A program made the translations under genes and the position numbers. From a virus: 64,000 bases of DNA. The DNA is taken from positions 14,496 to 78,495 of IMG/VR virus record IMGVR_UViG_3300017783_000007. One strand, 5' to 3'. The notes beneath the pieces were generated by a model that was not told where the DNA came from, did no database searches, and saw nothing but the letters and a program-made list of their open reading frames with translations. Of the stretch, positions 63,581 to 64,000 are shown piece by piece; the stretch's first letter is position 1, and the number at the start of each line of letters is the position of its first letter.

Positions 63581-63589
63581 AGGTGGTGC

Positions 63590-63619
63590 AATAAAAAGGG
63601 CCCCGAAGAGCCCTTTTTG
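63590..63619 (-). terminator. Intrinsic terminator after the beta-barrel-like gene
   Basis: Minus strand AAAAAGGGCTC-TTCG-GGGCCCTTTTTATT. Confidence 0.9.
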
Positions 63620-63626
63620 CTGAATG

Positions 63627-63962
63627 CTAGAAGGAGAAACGAATCTCAGTTTCCAGCTTGGAGCCGATTGGATCAACTTCGTCAATTTTCGAACCTTCCC
63701 ACTTACCTTTGAGCGTAAGAGGGCCATTCTTGATCTTATATCCAACTTCTCCTGAGTAGCCATCAGTGCGGGGGCCTACTTCGAAGTATAAGTTCTTGTC
63801 GCTGTCACCCAACAGAGTGCCGAAACGCAGGTGGTGCACAGTGTCATCACTCAAAAACTCGTCATCTAAAAATCTCAGATCATTTTTGTATTCCACGTAG
63901 GGACCAGCCATTGCAGCGCTGGAAAATACCATGAGACTGATAAAAGATAGTACATATTTCAT
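63627..63962 (-). CDS. Small exported outer-membrane beta-barrel-like protein
   Basis: Sec signal peptide ending AMA; alternating amphipathic strands (LYFEVGP, GEVGYKI, LTLKGKWEG); C-terminal ETEIRFSF beta-signal; AAGGAG SD. Confidence 0.75.
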   Translation of the reverse strand: MKYVLSFISLMVFSSAAMAGPYVEYKNDLRFLDDEFLSDDTVHHLRFGTLLGDSDKNLYFEVGPRTDGYSGEVGYKIKNGPLTLKGKWEGSKIDEVDPIGSKLETEIRFSF

Positions 63963-64000
63963 ATTTTTCTCCTTAGTAGGTCCAAAACAGGAGCATACGG

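Noticed and set aside
63530-63763. 77 aa minus-strand ORF
   Set aside because: Alternate frame of the beta-barrel-like gene that crosses its terminator and the next promoter.
63973-64000. End of an upstream minus-strand ORF (...RMLLFWTY*)
   Set aside because: Only eight codons visible; too little to call.
1-64000. Prophage or host chromosome context, tRNA genes, alternative genetic code
   Set aside because: No integrase, repressor or host housekeeping genes, and no cloverleaf-sized gaps with tRNA motifs noticed. Genes read full length in the standard code, with TAA, TAG and TGA all used as stops.

Overview
A 64 kb, densely coding, roughly 40% GC segment of a lytic tailed dsDNA phage with T5-like (Demerecviridae-like) gene order. 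A marine proteobacterial host is plausible but is inference. The + strand (1-8217) carries the end of the T5-type replication/recombination operon: D10 helicase C-terminus, D11 SSB-like, D12/D13 SbcD/SbcC-like nuclease, D14 and D15 flap endonuclease. Class Ia nrdA/nrdB follow, where T5 has dUTPase. After a bidirectional terminator, everything from 8262 to 64000 is on the - strand. Read in transcription order (right to left), it holds: a small outer-membrane beta-barrel-like gene; a separately promoted GNAT + putative receptor-binding cassette; terS; a 2.5 kb cassette of small very basic and membrane proteins; terL; HNH nuclease; portal; a fused protease-scaffold-major capsid gene with an internal start; T5-type head/tail completion and tail tube genes; frameshifted tail chaperones; tape measure; a lambda-type M-L-K-I-J tail tip; and a 26 kb array of 14 fibre/adhesin-region genes (up to 3207 aa). 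The most notable signal is in that array. The fibre proteins share a few recurring N-terminal 'plug' and internal/C-terminal 'socket' modules whose pairing follows gene order, suggesting a branched, modularly assembled fibre tree. Six near-consensus sigma70 promoters with a shared A-rich upstream motif and four intrinsic terminators are visible. No tRNA, CRISPR array, integrase, transposase or reverse transcriptase was seen. All family assignments are by eye from motifs and synteny, not database searches.
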